Below, in pieces: positions 40,769 to 53,281 of a stretch of DNA of 64,000 nucleotides. The first letter of the stretch is position 1. Every line of letters begins with the position of its first letter. Under the pieces are notes generated by a model. That model did not search any database. It was not told the DNA's origin and saw only the letters and a list, made by a program, of their open reading frames with translations. Source of the DNA: Methanobacteriota archaeon (GTDB lineage Archaea > Halobacteriota > Bog-38 > Methanoflorentales > Methanoflorentaceae); NCBI GenBank assembly GCA_963720465.1, contig OY970393.1:384001-448000 (forward strand). The letters are read 5' to 3'. The translations under genes were made by a program, and so were the position numbers.

Positions 40769-43700
40769 CTATTCCGCTATTGAGAGTACCACTTGATGGC
40801 CGTCGATCGTCCACTCTTTTCGCAGTCTCGCGTTTTTAAGATCTCCTTTTACTATAGACGTCGCCAGCGTCTCATCTTTGAGATAAGAATCAAACGTTCG
40901 AATCGCTTGGGAGACTTCTGAAGGGCTACTATACGCCACCCTGATTTTTGCGGCATACGGTAAATCCAACTCCTTTCGCATGACCTGTATTCTTCTGACG
41001 ACTTCTCGAGCTAGTGATTCTTTCTGCAGTTCGGCTGTTATTTCGGTGTCCAAAAAAACGACCAGGCTGCTATCGTCGCTTTTAACAAAGCCGCACTTTA
41101 CTTTTTCTGAAATCGTCAGATCTTCCTTTGATAAACTAATAGGTGTTTGTCCGATTTCTAATTCGATGCCGCGATCCATTTTCTCAAGCACAGCGTGAGG
41201 CGCTAAAGTGCTGAGAACTTGTTTTATTGTGGGGGCCAGATCTTTGTATTTCGGTCCGACGCTGGCGAAATTTAGGCCAATTTCGTACGCGATAAATCTG
41301 TCTTTGTCTTTTTCAAAATCAATTGCCTTCACGTTCAGCTCATTTTTGATAATAGCCTGGAGTTCGTCACTCTCGAGTTCTGGTCCTATGCAAATAATTC
41401 TTCTCAGCGGTTGCCGTGTTTTGATGTGTGCTGACGACCGCGCGGCTCTTCCTGCTTCAACGATCCGCTTAGTATAATCCATATCGTGTTCCGCCTCGGG
41501 AAGCAGACGATCGGGTTGCGGGGCAGGAAACGCTTCGAGGTGAACGCTTTCTCTGGCCTCGGGAGCATATCGAGCGAGAGTCTTGTGCATGTACTCAGAA
41601 ATAAATGGCGCGAATGGGGCGATAAGCGCACTTAACGCCCACAAAGTCTCGAAAAGCGAGACGTAAGCAGATGTTTTGTCTAGGTCCTGTTCGTTCTTCC
41701 AGAAACGTCTCCTGGACGTTCTGACAAACCAGTTGCTTAGCTCGTCGATGAATGAGTCGATCGCCAGGGTCGCTAAGTAGTAGTCGTAACGGTCCATATA
41801 CTCGACCACGTTCGACACCAAACCATTTAGCCGGGAGAGCAGCCACCTGTCGATGATGTTTCTTTGCTCGTCCGCGAGCTGCCAGTTCACGTCATACTGA
41901 TCTATCTGAGCATACGTCGTAAAAAAGGAGAGGATGTGCCAAATCGTAGATATCGTCTTACGCTGAGATTCAATGATTGCGTCTTCATAGAACCTTTTGG
42001 GGGTTCCAGGATTGCCGGCGCCGAAAAGGTACCATCGGAGGCTATCAGCTCCCTCGTTGTTCAGGATTTGCCAAGGATCAACCGTATTCCCCTTGCTTTT
42101 TGACATCTTTCTACCATGCTCGTCCACGATGTGGCCCAGGCTTATTGCGGTGCTATACGCGTTCGATCCGAACACGGCGCTCGCTATTGCGTGCAGGCTA
42201 TAAAACCAGCCGCGCGTCTGATCAACACCTTCGGCTATAAAATCTACAGGCAGCTTGAAGTCTTCACTTCGCTCGAACGGATAGTGCAATGAAGCGAACG
42301 GGGCGCAGCCAGAATCGTACCAGCAGTCAATTACGTCGGGAATGCGGCGCATTATCTCAGCGCATTCGTCGCAAGGAAAAACAATGCGGTCGATATACGG
42401 CTTATGGATATCGCCTAGCGTGGCATCATCACGGATTCGCTGCTTCAGCTCATCGATGCTGCCGATAAACACTACGTGATTGTTACGGCATTTCCATATG
42501 GGCAGCGGGGTGCCCCAGTAGCGTTCCCTACTTAGCGCCCAGTCGCGTGCATTTTCGATGAAGTTTCCAAAGCGTCCGTGTTTAAGCGTTTTCGGATGCC
42601 ACTGGACCATTTCATTGTTGCGCACGAGTGCCTCGCGCATAGAGCTCATACGAATAAACCAGGCCCTTCGCGCATAGTACATAAGCGGCGCCTCGCAACG
42701 CCAACAAAAAGGATAGCTGTGTTCGTACATCTCGCGTTTGTACAGCAAGCCCCGACTTGCGAGGGTCTTCACTATTGTAGCATTCGCATCGGTGAAGAAC
42801 AGTCCACCGACCAACGGTACGTGATCGTCAAAGCGACCATCGGGTTTGACAAGCTGCACTAGAGGAAGGCCTTCGGCCTTTGCGACGTTAAAGTCATCTT
42901 CTCCGAACGCTGGAGCGATATGCACAATGCCCGTGCCCTCGGCAGTGTTAACAAACTCAGCGAGCACGACGGTTGGCTGCCCGTCGCTAAATAAGGGCAC
43001 ATATCGTGTGCCACTGAGCTCATTTCCTTGAAACTCAGCTACGACTGTGAAATGCAGCTCATCGCTCAGCACCGTCTCTAAAAGCTCCTTTGCGAAAATG
43101 AGAAACTGGTTCTTCACCTTCACCTTGACATACAAAATGTTAGGGTTGACGGCAAGCGCGACATTTGAAAGTAAAGTCCACGGCGTTGTTGTCCAAGCCA
43201 AAAAATAGGTCTCGTATTGATCCGACAAAGGAAACTTCACAAAAGCTGCTTCCTCAGTTATGGTTTCGTACCCTTGGGCTACTTCGTGCGTGCTAAGAGC
43301 GGTACCACAGCGGGGGCAGTAGGGAACGACATAATGTCCTTCATAGATAAGATCTCGCTCCCAAAGCCGTTTAAGCGACCACCATACTGATTCGATGTAG
43401 CGGGGGTCCATGGTCGTATACGGCGTAGTGAGATCAATGAAGAAGCCTATCCGCTTAGTCAATTCTGCCCACTCATCTATATGACTAAATACTGAACTGC
43501 GACAGACGTTGTTGAATCGTTCAATTCCATACCTCTCGATGCCCGCTTTATCCTCAAATTGAAGTTCTTTTTCCACAGAAATCTCGACTGGGAGTCCGTG
43601 ACAATCCCATCCGCTCACGCGGGGGACGTAGAAGCCTTGCATGCTTTTGTAGCGGAGAAACAGGTCTTTTATGACACGAGCGTACACGTGGTGAACCCCT

Positions 43701-43885
43701 GGTGAGCCGTTTGCGGTCGGCGGCCCTTCGATGAATCGGAATAGCTCCGCTCCTTTGTTTGCGTTTATGCTTTTACTGATAATGTCGCGGTCATCCCATT
43801 CTTTGAGAATGGTTTCCTCCATAGCAACAAAGTTGAAATCGAGTTGCGAGTTTGCCCTTGCCGCGTGCGCATCATTCTCGTTCAC
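40769..43885 (-). CDS. ileS: Isoleucyl-tRNA synthetase
   Basis: EGPPTANG.PGVHH, GWDCHGLP, WTTTPWTL, DQTRGWF and KMSKS. Confidence 0.97.
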   Translation of the reverse strand: MNENDAHAARANSQLDFNFVAMEETILKEWDDRDIISKSINANKGAELFRFIEGPPTANGSPGVHHVYARVIKDLFLRYKSMQGFYVPRVSGWDCHGLPVEISVEKELQFEDKAGIERYGIERFNNVCRSSVFSHIDEWAELTKRIGFFIDLTTPYTTMDPRYIESVWWSLKRLWERDLIYEGHYVVPYCPRCGTALSTHEVAQGYETITEEAAFVKFPLSDQYETYFLAWTTTPWTLLSNVALAVNPNILYVKVKVKNQFLIFAKELLETVLSDELHFTVVAEFQGNELSGTRYVPLFSDGQPTVVLAEFVNTAEGTGIVHIAPAFGEDDFNVAKAEGLPLVQLVKPDGRFDDHVPLVGGLFFTDANATIVKTLASRGLLYKREMYEHSYPFCWRCEAPLMYYARRAWFIRMSSMREALVRNNEMVQWHPKTLKHGRFGNFIENARDWALSRERYWGTPLPIWKCRNNHVVFIGSIDELKQRIRDDATLGDIHKPYIDRIVFPCDECAEIMRRIPDVIDCWYDSGCAPFASLHYPFERSEDFKLPVDFIAEGVDQTRGWFYSLHAIASAVFGSNAYSTAISLGHIVDEHGRKMSKSKGNTVDPWQILNNEGADSLRWYLFGAGNPGTPKRFYEDAIIESQRKTISTIWHILSFFTTYAQIDQYDVNWQLADEQRNIIDRWLLSRLNGLVSNVVEYMDRYDYYLATLAIDSFIDELSNWFVRTSRRRFWKNEQDLDKTSAYVSLFETLWALSALIAPFAPFISEYMHKTLARYAPEARESVHLEAFPAPQPDRLLPEAEHDMDYTKRIVEAGRAARSSAHIKTRQPLRRIICIGPELESDELQAIIKNELNVKAIDFEKDKDRFIAYEIGLNFASVGPKYKDLAPTIKQVLSTLAPHAVLEKMDRGIELEIGQTPISLSKEDLTISEKVKCGFVKSDDSSLVVFLDTEITAELQKESLAREVVRRIQVMRKELDLPYAAKIRVAYSSPSEVSQAIRTFDSYLKDETLATSIVKGDLKNARLRKEWTIDGHQVVLSIAE

Positions 43886-44084
43886 GAGTGGCTTTACCTC
43901 GGAGTTAGATGTTTGTGCTGAAATGTCCCTTTTTCACTGTACGAGACGAACATTTTTCAGACAAGATTCTATCCCGCGCTCGGTAATAAAGATTGTCGAG
44001 TCGCTTTCATTTGTTCAGGTCGGTCTAGCTATTTTTAGTTAGTCTAGGTTAGCGGGGTTTTGTCGCTCGTCCCCCAAAGTGCCA

Positions 44085-44495
44085 AGACTCAGGCCAGGGA
44101 TAACAAACATCCGAACTTGAAAAACACCGCTCTGCACCATCATTTTTCCGCAAACCCCCTTATATCCGGTGTGCTTCTACGAACCACGTCAATCTCGAGG
44201 CGACTTTTAGCGTCTGAATGAAGGTGTATGGTCGAGGTAATATGTTCGCGTTTTCGCGTGGATGTCAGTCAAAGGGAGATAAGGCCTCGATGCTCGCGAC
44301 GGTAAACAAGCGTGATTATGCCGATCTGAGTTCCCTCTGTCCGACTGAACGAGATAATCAAGAAGATACCCTCTTATAACGTCTCTGATCGCTTCGGATC
44401 GCCAAGAGTAGCCCCTTTTGCCCATCACCTGGTCAAATGCAGCTAGAAGTTACAGGTATTGAGACTCTTATCCTCATGAGTTCATCCTCGATCTA
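44085..44495 (-). pseudogene. nikR: NikR nickel regulator, frameshifted
   Basis: MRIRVSIP / FDQVMGKRGYSWRSEAIRD (RHH) ... LEIDVVR...GV, spread across shifting frames. Confidence 0.7.
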
Positions 44496-45213
44496 TGTCC
44501 TCAGTTTCGCGGAATAAGTGAGTTTTTCGGGATATTTATTGATCAGCTAGAGACAGACTGGTCTGTTTAAAATTGTGTTTGTACTGATACGAGGGTGTGG
44601 CAAGTTTTGCGAGGATCTTTTGGACTAGTATTCTAGAACAACACAACATGACCCTTCGCCCCTAAGACTAATATACTGTTCAAGAGCGAACTTGACTGTC
44701 GGAGCCTACGAGATACGCTGTTGCCTGCCAAAGGGCGCCGTTTGGGTACGCTGAGGCCGCGATAAAATCATTCGTCGTTCTCACTGATTTAATGTTCGGC
44801 TTGGTCCTCAGACGGACTAAGGAGCTGGAGAGCCGTTTGTGAGATAGAACAGCCGCGAAAAACGAGTAGGCATCGAATGTCGCGAACATTCAGAGCTCGA
44901 AATCCTTCATCGACTGGAGTGTATTTCCGTGCGACAACGAAGTCATCAGTCTCGCCCTTAGGCAATATCTTTAATGCCGCAAGGTTGGCAGCTGTTTAAA
45001 AAGGCTTGGTCAAAATCGCTAGGTAGCTCTCAGCGAACGATTTTAAGAGCTTGCCCCGCAATGAAATAACGTAAAATGGTTCTGGCAACCGAGTCTTGGC
45101 ACGTGTGCGGGCGCGGCTCTTGAATATCCAAAAAAATATAAATTCCCCGGTGTCCAATAAACTATTAATACCGGAGATTTGAACATCTCCAAAGCTAAAC
45201 GGAGTTTTTTAGT

Positions 45214-45951
45214 TTGAGCACCACGTCCAATCCGATAGAAGGTACAGAGTTGTTGCAAGCGCGAAAAACTATTGTGCACATCATCAATTCACTGAGCCCG
45301 TCAAGCAGGCTTAAAGGTGTTCATATAGACGACATCGTAAGCTACAGCGAATCTCTCGGAATCTATCCTGAAAGCGTTATCGGGGTGATTCAACAATTAG
45401 CAAAAGAAGGGCTAGTCGTCGAGCCGTCAAAGAACCGTTTTTTGAACCGATTTCCCCCGGTCACCATCCCTAAAAACAACCAACAAGCAGGTCTGCATAG
45501 GTCAATAGAGCAAGCAGTCGATTCTCAGCGCGACACTAGCGATGATCTGGACAAGAAAGCCTTGCTTCTCGAGAAGAGTCACATCCTGTTGACCCTCGAG
45601 CAACTGCTTCAAATTGAACGGGAGTACACAGATATAATGGCATCCGGTGACCTCGATTTTTTTTACGACGGTTATCCAAGCGACGCTGAAATTGGCAAAC
45701 GCGTGGGAATAGACAAGAGAAAGATTCAAGGAGCGCGCGTCTTGCTAGGTCTTTTGACCGAGCGTGACGTGAAAATCAACTTCGACCGCGAAAAGCTTCT
45801 AGAGTGGCTTTCGGCGCCCAAGTCTGCGAGAAAGAGTTCAAAGGATTTTGCCGACGAGCTCGGCGTAAGCTACTCAACCTTCAAGCGAAAAAGAGCTCTT
45901 TGGGAGGCATATCTGTCTAAAAGCTCCGTCAGCGGTAAATCATTTGAGTAG
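45214..45951 (+). CDS. Hypothetical DNA-binding protein (MCM-C-like winged helix plus HTH-like segments)
   Basis: IDDIVSYSESLGI...IQQLAKEGLVVEP; SDAEIGKRVGI; FADELGVSYSTFKR. Confidence 0.6.
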   Translation: MSTTSNPIEGTELLQARKTIVHIINSLSPSSRLKGVHIDDIVSYSESLGIYPESVIGVIQQLAKEGLVVEPSKNRFLNRFPPVTIPKNNQQAGLHRSIEQAVDSQRDTSDDLDKKALLLEKSHILLTLEQLLQIEREYTDIMASGDLDFFYDGYPSDAEIGKRVGIDKRKIQGARVLLGLLTERDVKINFDREKLLEWLSAPKSARKSSKDFADELGVSYSTFKRKRALWEAYLSKSSVSGKSFE

Positions 45952-45954
45952 TGT

Positions 45955-46488
45955 GTGAAGTGCATGAAGTTCTTAGCTGATCGAATGCTAGGGCGCCTCT
46001 CTTCTTGGCTCAGAATCCTGGGTTATGATACTCTAAGCGCGAATTCCTTCGCTGGTTTGTCAAACGCCGCTGAGGACACTTTCATGCTCCAGCTGTCAGG
46101 ATCCGAGGAGCGGGCGTTACTGACTAAGGATACACAGCTTCATATCCGAGCAAGGCAAAAGTGTGGCATCCCGTCACTTCTCGTTCGAGATGGAGACGTG
46201 CTCTGCCAATTAAACCAAGTGCGACAGCAGTATGGTTTGGTCTTCCCCGAAGAACCCAAACCTGTTCGATGCAGCGTTTGTAACGGGACGCTTGAACTGG
46301 TGTCAATTGAAGACATTCTTCGGTCTCATGAGATCAATAAGCTTCGCACAAAGGGCGTCGATATTGAGAAATTCATTCACAGGTACGCTCGCTTTTATAA
46401 GTGTAGTCAATGCAGCAAAATATTTTGGAAAGGGCAACATTGGCGGAACATGGTCAGTACAACACGACACCTTACTGAGGGGCCCTAA
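45955..46488 (+). CDS. Mut7-C RNase domain protein
   Basis: KFLADRMLGRLSSWLRILGYDT, LLTKD, RCSVCNG and CSQCSKIFWKGQHW. Confidence 0.9.
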   Translation: MKCMKFLADRMLGRLSSWLRILGYDTLSANSFAGLSNAAEDTFMLQLSGSEERALLTKDTQLHIRARQKCGIPSLLVRDGDVLCQLNQVRQQYGLVFPEEPKPVRCSVCNGTLELVSIEDILRSHEINKLRTKGVDIEKFIHRYARFYKCSQCSKIFWKGQHWRNMVSTTRHLTEGP

Positions 46489-46547
46489 GTGCATTCTAAG
46501 AAGTTTTTGTGCCGCTCGGATCGGCAAAATGCGTCTTTCTACCACTT

Positions 46548-47327
46548 TTACCCCCCCGTAGGGTTTCCGCTTTGCACTCTAGTCATTTGAACCAGATGGT
46601 CGCGACTTTCCTTTACAGCTGTGTAGTCGTTAACTTCAATTATCGCTTTGTTTATCCCTTTTAGCTGAGTCCAGTCGATGGTTCCTTCACCGATTGGAAG
46701 ATGCAGATCGCGTTCGCCGTCGTTATCACTCACGTGATAGTAAGCCACCGGAAAATCCGCCTGTAAGAAGTCTGTTACGGCGTTGTTCGTGTGTGCGTGC
46801 CCAACGTCGATTGTTGCAGACGTGCCGCACGTTTCGATAAAAAGCTTGTGCTGCTTAACATCGGTGCAGAAATATTTCGTGTTACGGGGCATATTCTCGA
46901 TGGCAGGCGTTATTCCAACGTCGGCGGCGTAGTTTGCCCACTGTTTAAGGCTATACAGAGCCAAATCGAGCGATCGCCTCGTCAGTCTGTCATTTATTCT
47001 CTTGACGTAGCCAGGGTGGGTCGTGATCGTCGAAGCGTCTATAGCGACAGCAAGATCCACCGTCTCGGTGAGTTGTTTCGTCGTTTCCTCGCGTATTCCA
47101 ACGTTGACACTGGCGGGATTGAGATCGACCGTAGGCGAGTGAATCGTTAGTTCAATATCGTACTGCGACGCAATTTCAAATTGCGAAACATTTCTTAAGG
47201 CATGCCGGGGCAGGTAGGGGCCCTCGCATAGCACCTCGATCACGTCGAACCTGTCCTCAAAGGCTCGTTTCATGATCTTGTCAAAAGGCGCGCCAAATAG
47301 AGCAAGCGCCGTGAATCCCACTTTCAT
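46548..47327 (-). CDS. Sugar phosphate isomerase/epimerase (AP-endonuclease 2 TIM barrel)
   Basis: HPG, IENMP, DVGHA and HVSDNDGERDLHLPIGEGTIDW. Confidence 0.88.
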   Translation of the reverse strand: MKVGFTALALFGAPFDKIMKRAFEDRFDVIEVLCEGPYLPRHALRNVSQFEIASQYDIELTIHSPTVDLNPASVNVGIREETTKQLTETVDLAVAIDASTITTHPGYVKRINDRLTRRSLDLALYSLKQWANYAADVGITPAIENMPRNTKYFCTDVKQHKLFIETCGTSATIDVGHAHTNNAVTDFLQADFPVAYYHVSDNDGERDLHLPIGEGTIDWTQLKGINKAIIEVNDYTAVKESRDHLVQMTRVQSGNPTGG

Positions 47328-47484
47328 AAAAAAATGTGTCGACTACCGAATATAAACGTGTTAGCTACGGGTCACGTGGAGTGCTGCACTCTTATTACAT
47401 TTAGTTCCTAGAAGCTGAGTTGGCTCGAGCAAACAAAGATGCAAACTGCTAATTTTGCATAAGCAAAAAAAATGACGGCACTAA

Positions 47485-48489
47485 TTAGCGGGCAGGATAG
47501 TAGTCTTCCACTCTTACGATATCGTCGACAAATGGTGTTGAGACACTGTGCATGAGAGAGTTTTCTGTGGCCACGATTTTGTGCAAAGCCCCACGCGGAA
47601 TATCCATTGTATCGTTTCTTCCGAAGAACTCCTTTTTGTGCTCGAATTGTACATAGCAAGAACCTTCGAGCATGTAGATTGACTCTTCTTTTTCTTTGTG
47701 ATAGTGATATGAGGTTGTATAGCCTTCTTTTATGTAGATCTCTTTTGTGAGATAATTCTCGGTGCTGATGAGAACCTTTTCATAGCCCCAAGGTTTGTCA
47801 GTTCTGTTTGCGTACTCCTTTTTTATCTCTTCGAGGTCCTTGGTCGTATCTATCGACATCCAAAACGTGTTTTCCTTGTAATATCCGAGTTGATTGGTGT
47901 CTGCGAGGACAGGAAAAACCGTCTTTTCTATTTCGCCCTTTTCAAAATTGCTAAATGGAATCTCAGAGTCGAGTAGATAAATCCCTCCGTTTATGTAATA
48001 CTCAAGGAGTGGCTTCTCCTTGAAAGAGCGGATATGGTCCTCCCCTAGTTCTACAATGCCATAAGGGCTGCGCATTTTCGTGACAAACATCATAGCCTTG
48101 AAATCGCTGACGCTGTACTTTTTCATCATCTTCTTCAGATTGATGTCGGAAACTACGTCGCCGTTGCGGATCAAAACTGTTTCTTTATCTTTCAACAGAT
48201 CAATTCCAAGTTTGATTGCATTGAGGGTGCCTAACGGTTTGTCTTCAACAGAATACTGAATTTCCATGCCACGATAGCGTTTCCCGTATCTATCTTCTAT
48301 CTTCTCGCTCAAGTACCCGGTCAGCAGTATCACGCTCTCAATATCACTGTTGGCCATATCGTATAGCTGCCGGTCTAGAATTGTGTAGTCGTCCGTAATA
48401 TCTATAAGCGGCTTGGGTATGTCCTCGGTATACGGTTTGAGTCGCTTGCCATACCCCCCGCAGAGGATCATGCCTATCATATGAATCAT
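47485..48489 (-). CDS. Sugar-phosphate nucleotidyltransferase with C-terminal cupin
   Basis: GGYGKRL..IPKPL, PLGT and NGD; KPWGYE...HYH cupin. Confidence 0.88.
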   Translation of the reverse strand: MIHMIGMILCGGYGKRLKPYTEDIPKPLIDITDDYTILDRQLYDMANSDIESVILLTGYLSEKIEDRYGKRYRGMEIQYSVEDKPLGTLNAIKLGIDLLKDKETVLIRNGDVVSDINLKKMMKKYSVSDFKAMMFVTKMRSPYGIVELGEDHIRSFKEKPLLEYYINGGIYLLDSEIPFSNFEKGEIEKTVFPVLADTNQLGYYKENTFWMSIDTTKDLEEIKKEYANRTDKPWGYEKVLISTENYLTKEIYIKEGYTTSYHYHKEKEESIYMLEGSCYVQFEHKKEFFGRNDTMDIPRGALHKIVATENSLMHSVSTPFVDDIVRVEDYYPAR

Positions 48490-48643
48490 CGAATAGTCCT
48501 GCTACGACTTTACTTTTTCTGTAGCAAGAAGAGAGGCAGCACTCTGCCTGGTTTCTATGGACCTCGGAAAAAAAGAGTGTGAAATCACTTAGGCCGCGCA
48601 AGCGGCTTTCTAGATGAAAAAAGGTTGGGGCGGCTCAATTAAG

Positions 48644-48967
48644 CTAGCCGCACCCTCCGCTGCACGACCCGCATCCGGTGAGGCTCGGGTGCTTGATAGT
48701 AAACCCTTTCCCAAACATTGGGTCATCGACAAAATCAATCTCGGCTCCATCGAGTGCCGTCTCTACGTTCTTTTCCAAGAACATTTTTACGCCGTTTGAT
48801 TCTTTTACGTCTTCTCCCTTTGTGGGGTTTTCGTCTAGGGACATCGTATACTGCGGGCCGCCACAGCCCATGCCGCCATACGATATCCTCAAACCATATT
48901 CGGATTTGCCCTCTTTTACGAGGAGGTCTTTCAGCTCTCGTGCTGCTGTTTCTGTTACTTGGATCAT
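48644..48967 (-). CDS. HesB/IscA-type Fe-S carrier
   Basis: IQVTETA, GMGCGG, IDF and terminal CGSC...C. Confidence 0.88.
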   Translation of the reverse strand: MIQVTETAARELKDLLVKEGKSEYGLRISYGGMGCGGPQYTMSLDENPTKGEDVKESNGVKMFLEKNVETALDGAEIDFVDDPMFGKGFTIKHPSLTGCGSCSGGCG

Positions 48968-49000
48968 TTCGAACTCCTATATTTTTCTCTCTCGTCGCAT

Positions 49001-50767
<1,767 letters not shown>

Positions 50768-50874
50768 TTTTTTCCTCCGTGTAACGTGATCAATCCTAAT
50801 GCCTGTAGGTTCGGCCTTAACTATGCAGAAAGTTCTATAAAAGCGTTTTGTCCGAGGCCTCAGTGAAAGCGCAG

Positions 50875-51816
50875 CTATTCTTCCGATCGCTCGCGCACGA
50901 GATGCATCAATTCAGTCGAGCTGTCCAAGTCCTCGAGTTCTTGCAGACGCACGATAACGGTGTGCAAGATCCTGAAACGCTTGGGCTCATCGTCAGTGAT
51001 GTACAGTGAGTGCGCGGATACAACTCGCGCTATGCTGCTCATCAGTTCAGCTCTCTTTGCCATCAGACTCGCGTTCTTGCTGATCCCGGTCAGTAAGGTT
51101 TCTTCATTGGTCTGTGACAGCATGTCAAATGGTGCCTGAAACATAGGAAGCACCTTGAATCCTAAGTCAACGAGCAACGATATTGCCTGTCTCTCTATGG
51201 GCGGAAGTGAATCAGCTTTCGCTGTTTCCTCGTGAAACCTGTGTCGCGTAAGCAGGTTTATGGGCACGGCAAGCGGCGCGTCTAGAATCGCCTCTAGCCT
51301 GACGGCTATTTCGACCTTAGCATCCATTCCTTCTTCGTACTTACGAATACTTCTTCGCGAAACGCCTAGCTGCGATGCTATTGCACCTAAAGAAAGGTCC
51401 CTTCCAGTGCGAGCTGCATAGAGTGCATTCTCATCTAATTTCACGTATAGTCCGCCGGGAGCGGCATAAATGAGCGGCGGAAGCTCATCTATGAAGAAAT
51501 CCGACAGTGTGTCGACGTTAACAGCGGGGACCCCATAACGCACATACACCGCACCCTCTTGGAGTTCGTGATTTCGAGCTTTCTCGCCGACAAGCAAAGG
51601 CGAGGCATAGAAGCACTCCGCAAGTTTCTTCAGTTCAGAGGCTGTTTCCTCACTTAGGCCATCGATATTTGAAAGCATCTTCAAGAAAAGTAGAATTGAG
51701 CCCTTCCTAGCGGCGATGTCGAAGCATCTAGAGCGAACGTCGCATCTCTTCGATGTTACGAAGCCTGCCGTGTGTAGCACCTCAGCAGTTTGATCTGTTA
51801 ACAGATCCTGGCGCAT
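50875..51816 (-). CDS. Archaeal Cro/C1-type HTH transcriptional regulator
   Basis: [21 protein letters not shown] and [17 protein letters not shown]; divergent from tiaS. Confidence 0.88.
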   Translation of the reverse strand: MRQDLLTDQTAEVLHTAGFVTSKRCDVRSRCFDIAARKGSILLFLKMLSNIDGLSEETASELKKLAECFYASPLLVGEKARNHELQEGAVYVRYGVPAVNVDTLSDFFIDELPPLIYAAPGGLYVKLDENALYAARTGRDLSLGAIASQLGVSRRSIRKYEEGMDAKVEIAVRLEAILDAPLAVPINLLTRHRFHEETAKADSLPPIERQAISLLVDLGFKVLPMFQAPFDMLSQTNEETLLTGISKNASLMAKRAELMSSIARVVSAHSLYITDDEPKRFRILHTVIVRLQELEDLDSSTELMHLVRERSEE

Positions 51817-51939
51817 TATTGGGGTCCTCCTAGGTGATTGCAAGCCGCTAGAGCTTGTTAATCTGCCCTACCTTAAATAACATGTTCAAAAAGATACTTA
51901 TATACTTCTGTCGATAGAAAAAATGAGGCTCCTGCTGGC

Positions 51940-53196
51940 ATGCTTATTGGAATCGACGATACTGATTCAAAGCGCGGGATGTGCACCACTTACTTGGGCA
52001 CTTTGTTAAAAAAAGCGCTCGAGCAAGAGCTGAACGAGATTATTCAGCTTCGTTTAGTGCGGCTCAATCCGACAATACGATTTAAGACCAGAGGAAACGC
52101 ATCAATTTGTATCTCCATCAGGCATTCGTATGACGTTCAAGATATCGTGCGAAAGCACATCGAACGAATGGCGCACCTTGATGATGACAATACACATCCT
52201 GGGGCCGTTTTTTTTGATGAAGACGCAATTCCAGCTGATATTCGGTGCTTCGCGCGCGACGCTGTGCATGCCGAGCTTTGCTTGGAAAAAGCCACCGAAC
52301 TCATCGATGGATACGGGCTTGATTTTTTATCATTTAAGAGCGGCAGAGGCTTAATTGGGGCGCTTGCTGCAATAGGCGCGACCGTTGAAAACTGCTCTTC
52401 GTACGAACTTATTGCGTATCGTTTTGAGAAGAATTTTGCAAAAAAACGTTACATAAATCAGCAATCAGTTTGGCGTGCTGACGCGGCTACTTACCCCTAC
52501 ACGTGGGATACACTTGATCGAAAAGGTGAAGCAGTTATATGTGCCCCACACTCTTCAGATCCCATACTATACGGAATTAGGGGAGATGACCCGACCCAAA
52601 TACTCGCTGCGCAGAGCAAAATTATCTCAGAACCATTTCAGTATCTCACGCTTTACAGGACCAATCAGGGGACAGACGCACACGTTCGACCCGCTCAAAT
52701 TCGAGAGTTGGAAGAAGGCCGGTCCTACAAGGTGACTGCAGTGGTAACCAGAGCACCCTGGACAATAACAGGCGGGCACACTTTTGTCCGAGTAGGCGAT
52801 AACGGTGCCGAGCTGCTATGCGTCGCATTTGAACCCACTAAGCAATTCCGTACTACGGTTCGTGAGTTGCGTGTTGGTGACAAAGTGGTGGTCCAAGGCA
52901 GCTACGTCAAAAACTGCCTGCACTTGGAGAAATTGCGAGTTCTGGAACTCTGCGATCAATATAAAAGCGGGAATCCTATCTGCTGCGACAAAAGCATGAA
53001 GTCGCTCGGGCAAGATAAGGGTTTCAAGTGCTCAAAGTGCAAGGCTGTCAAGGATGCTAGACTTAAATGCCAGGTATCGATAAAAAGAGAAGTAGCACCT
53101 GGCGCGTATGAAGTCACCCCGTCTGCGAGACGCCATCTCGCAGAACCACTCATAAGGGGTCACAACCGTGGTTATGCTGTATTTCCAAGCAGATGA
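51940..53196 (+). CDS. tiaS: tRNA(Ile2) agmatidine synthetase
   Basis: IGIDDTDS..GMCTT, KTRGN, GRGLIGALAA, TNQGTD, FEPT and ARRHL. Confidence 0.94.
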   Translation: MLIGIDDTDSKRGMCTTYLGTLLKKALEQELNEIIQLRLVRLNPTIRFKTRGNASICISIRHSYDVQDIVRKHIERMAHLDDDNTHPGAVFFDEDAIPADIRCFARDAVHAELCLEKATELIDGYGLDFLSFKSGRGLIGALAAIGATVENCSSYELIAYRFEKNFAKKRYINQQSVWRADAATYPYTWDTLDRKGEAVICAPHSSDPILYGIRGDDPTQILAAQSKIISEPFQYLTLYRTNQGTDAHVRPAQIRELEEGRSYKVTAVVTRAPWTITGGHTFVRVGDNGAELLCVAFEPTKQFRTTVRELRVGDKVVVQGSYVKNCLHLEKLRVLELCDQYKSGNPICCDKSMKSLGQDKGFKCSKCKAVKDARLKCQVSIKREVAPGAYEVTPSARRHLAEPLIRGHNRGYAVFPSR

Positions 53197-53281
53197 AGCT
53201 TCGTAAGCCGTCAGGTTCGTCCGACCCTGCTCAGGACACGTGAAAGGTCGTTAACTTTCGTGAAAAGCGTGGAGTCATAGA

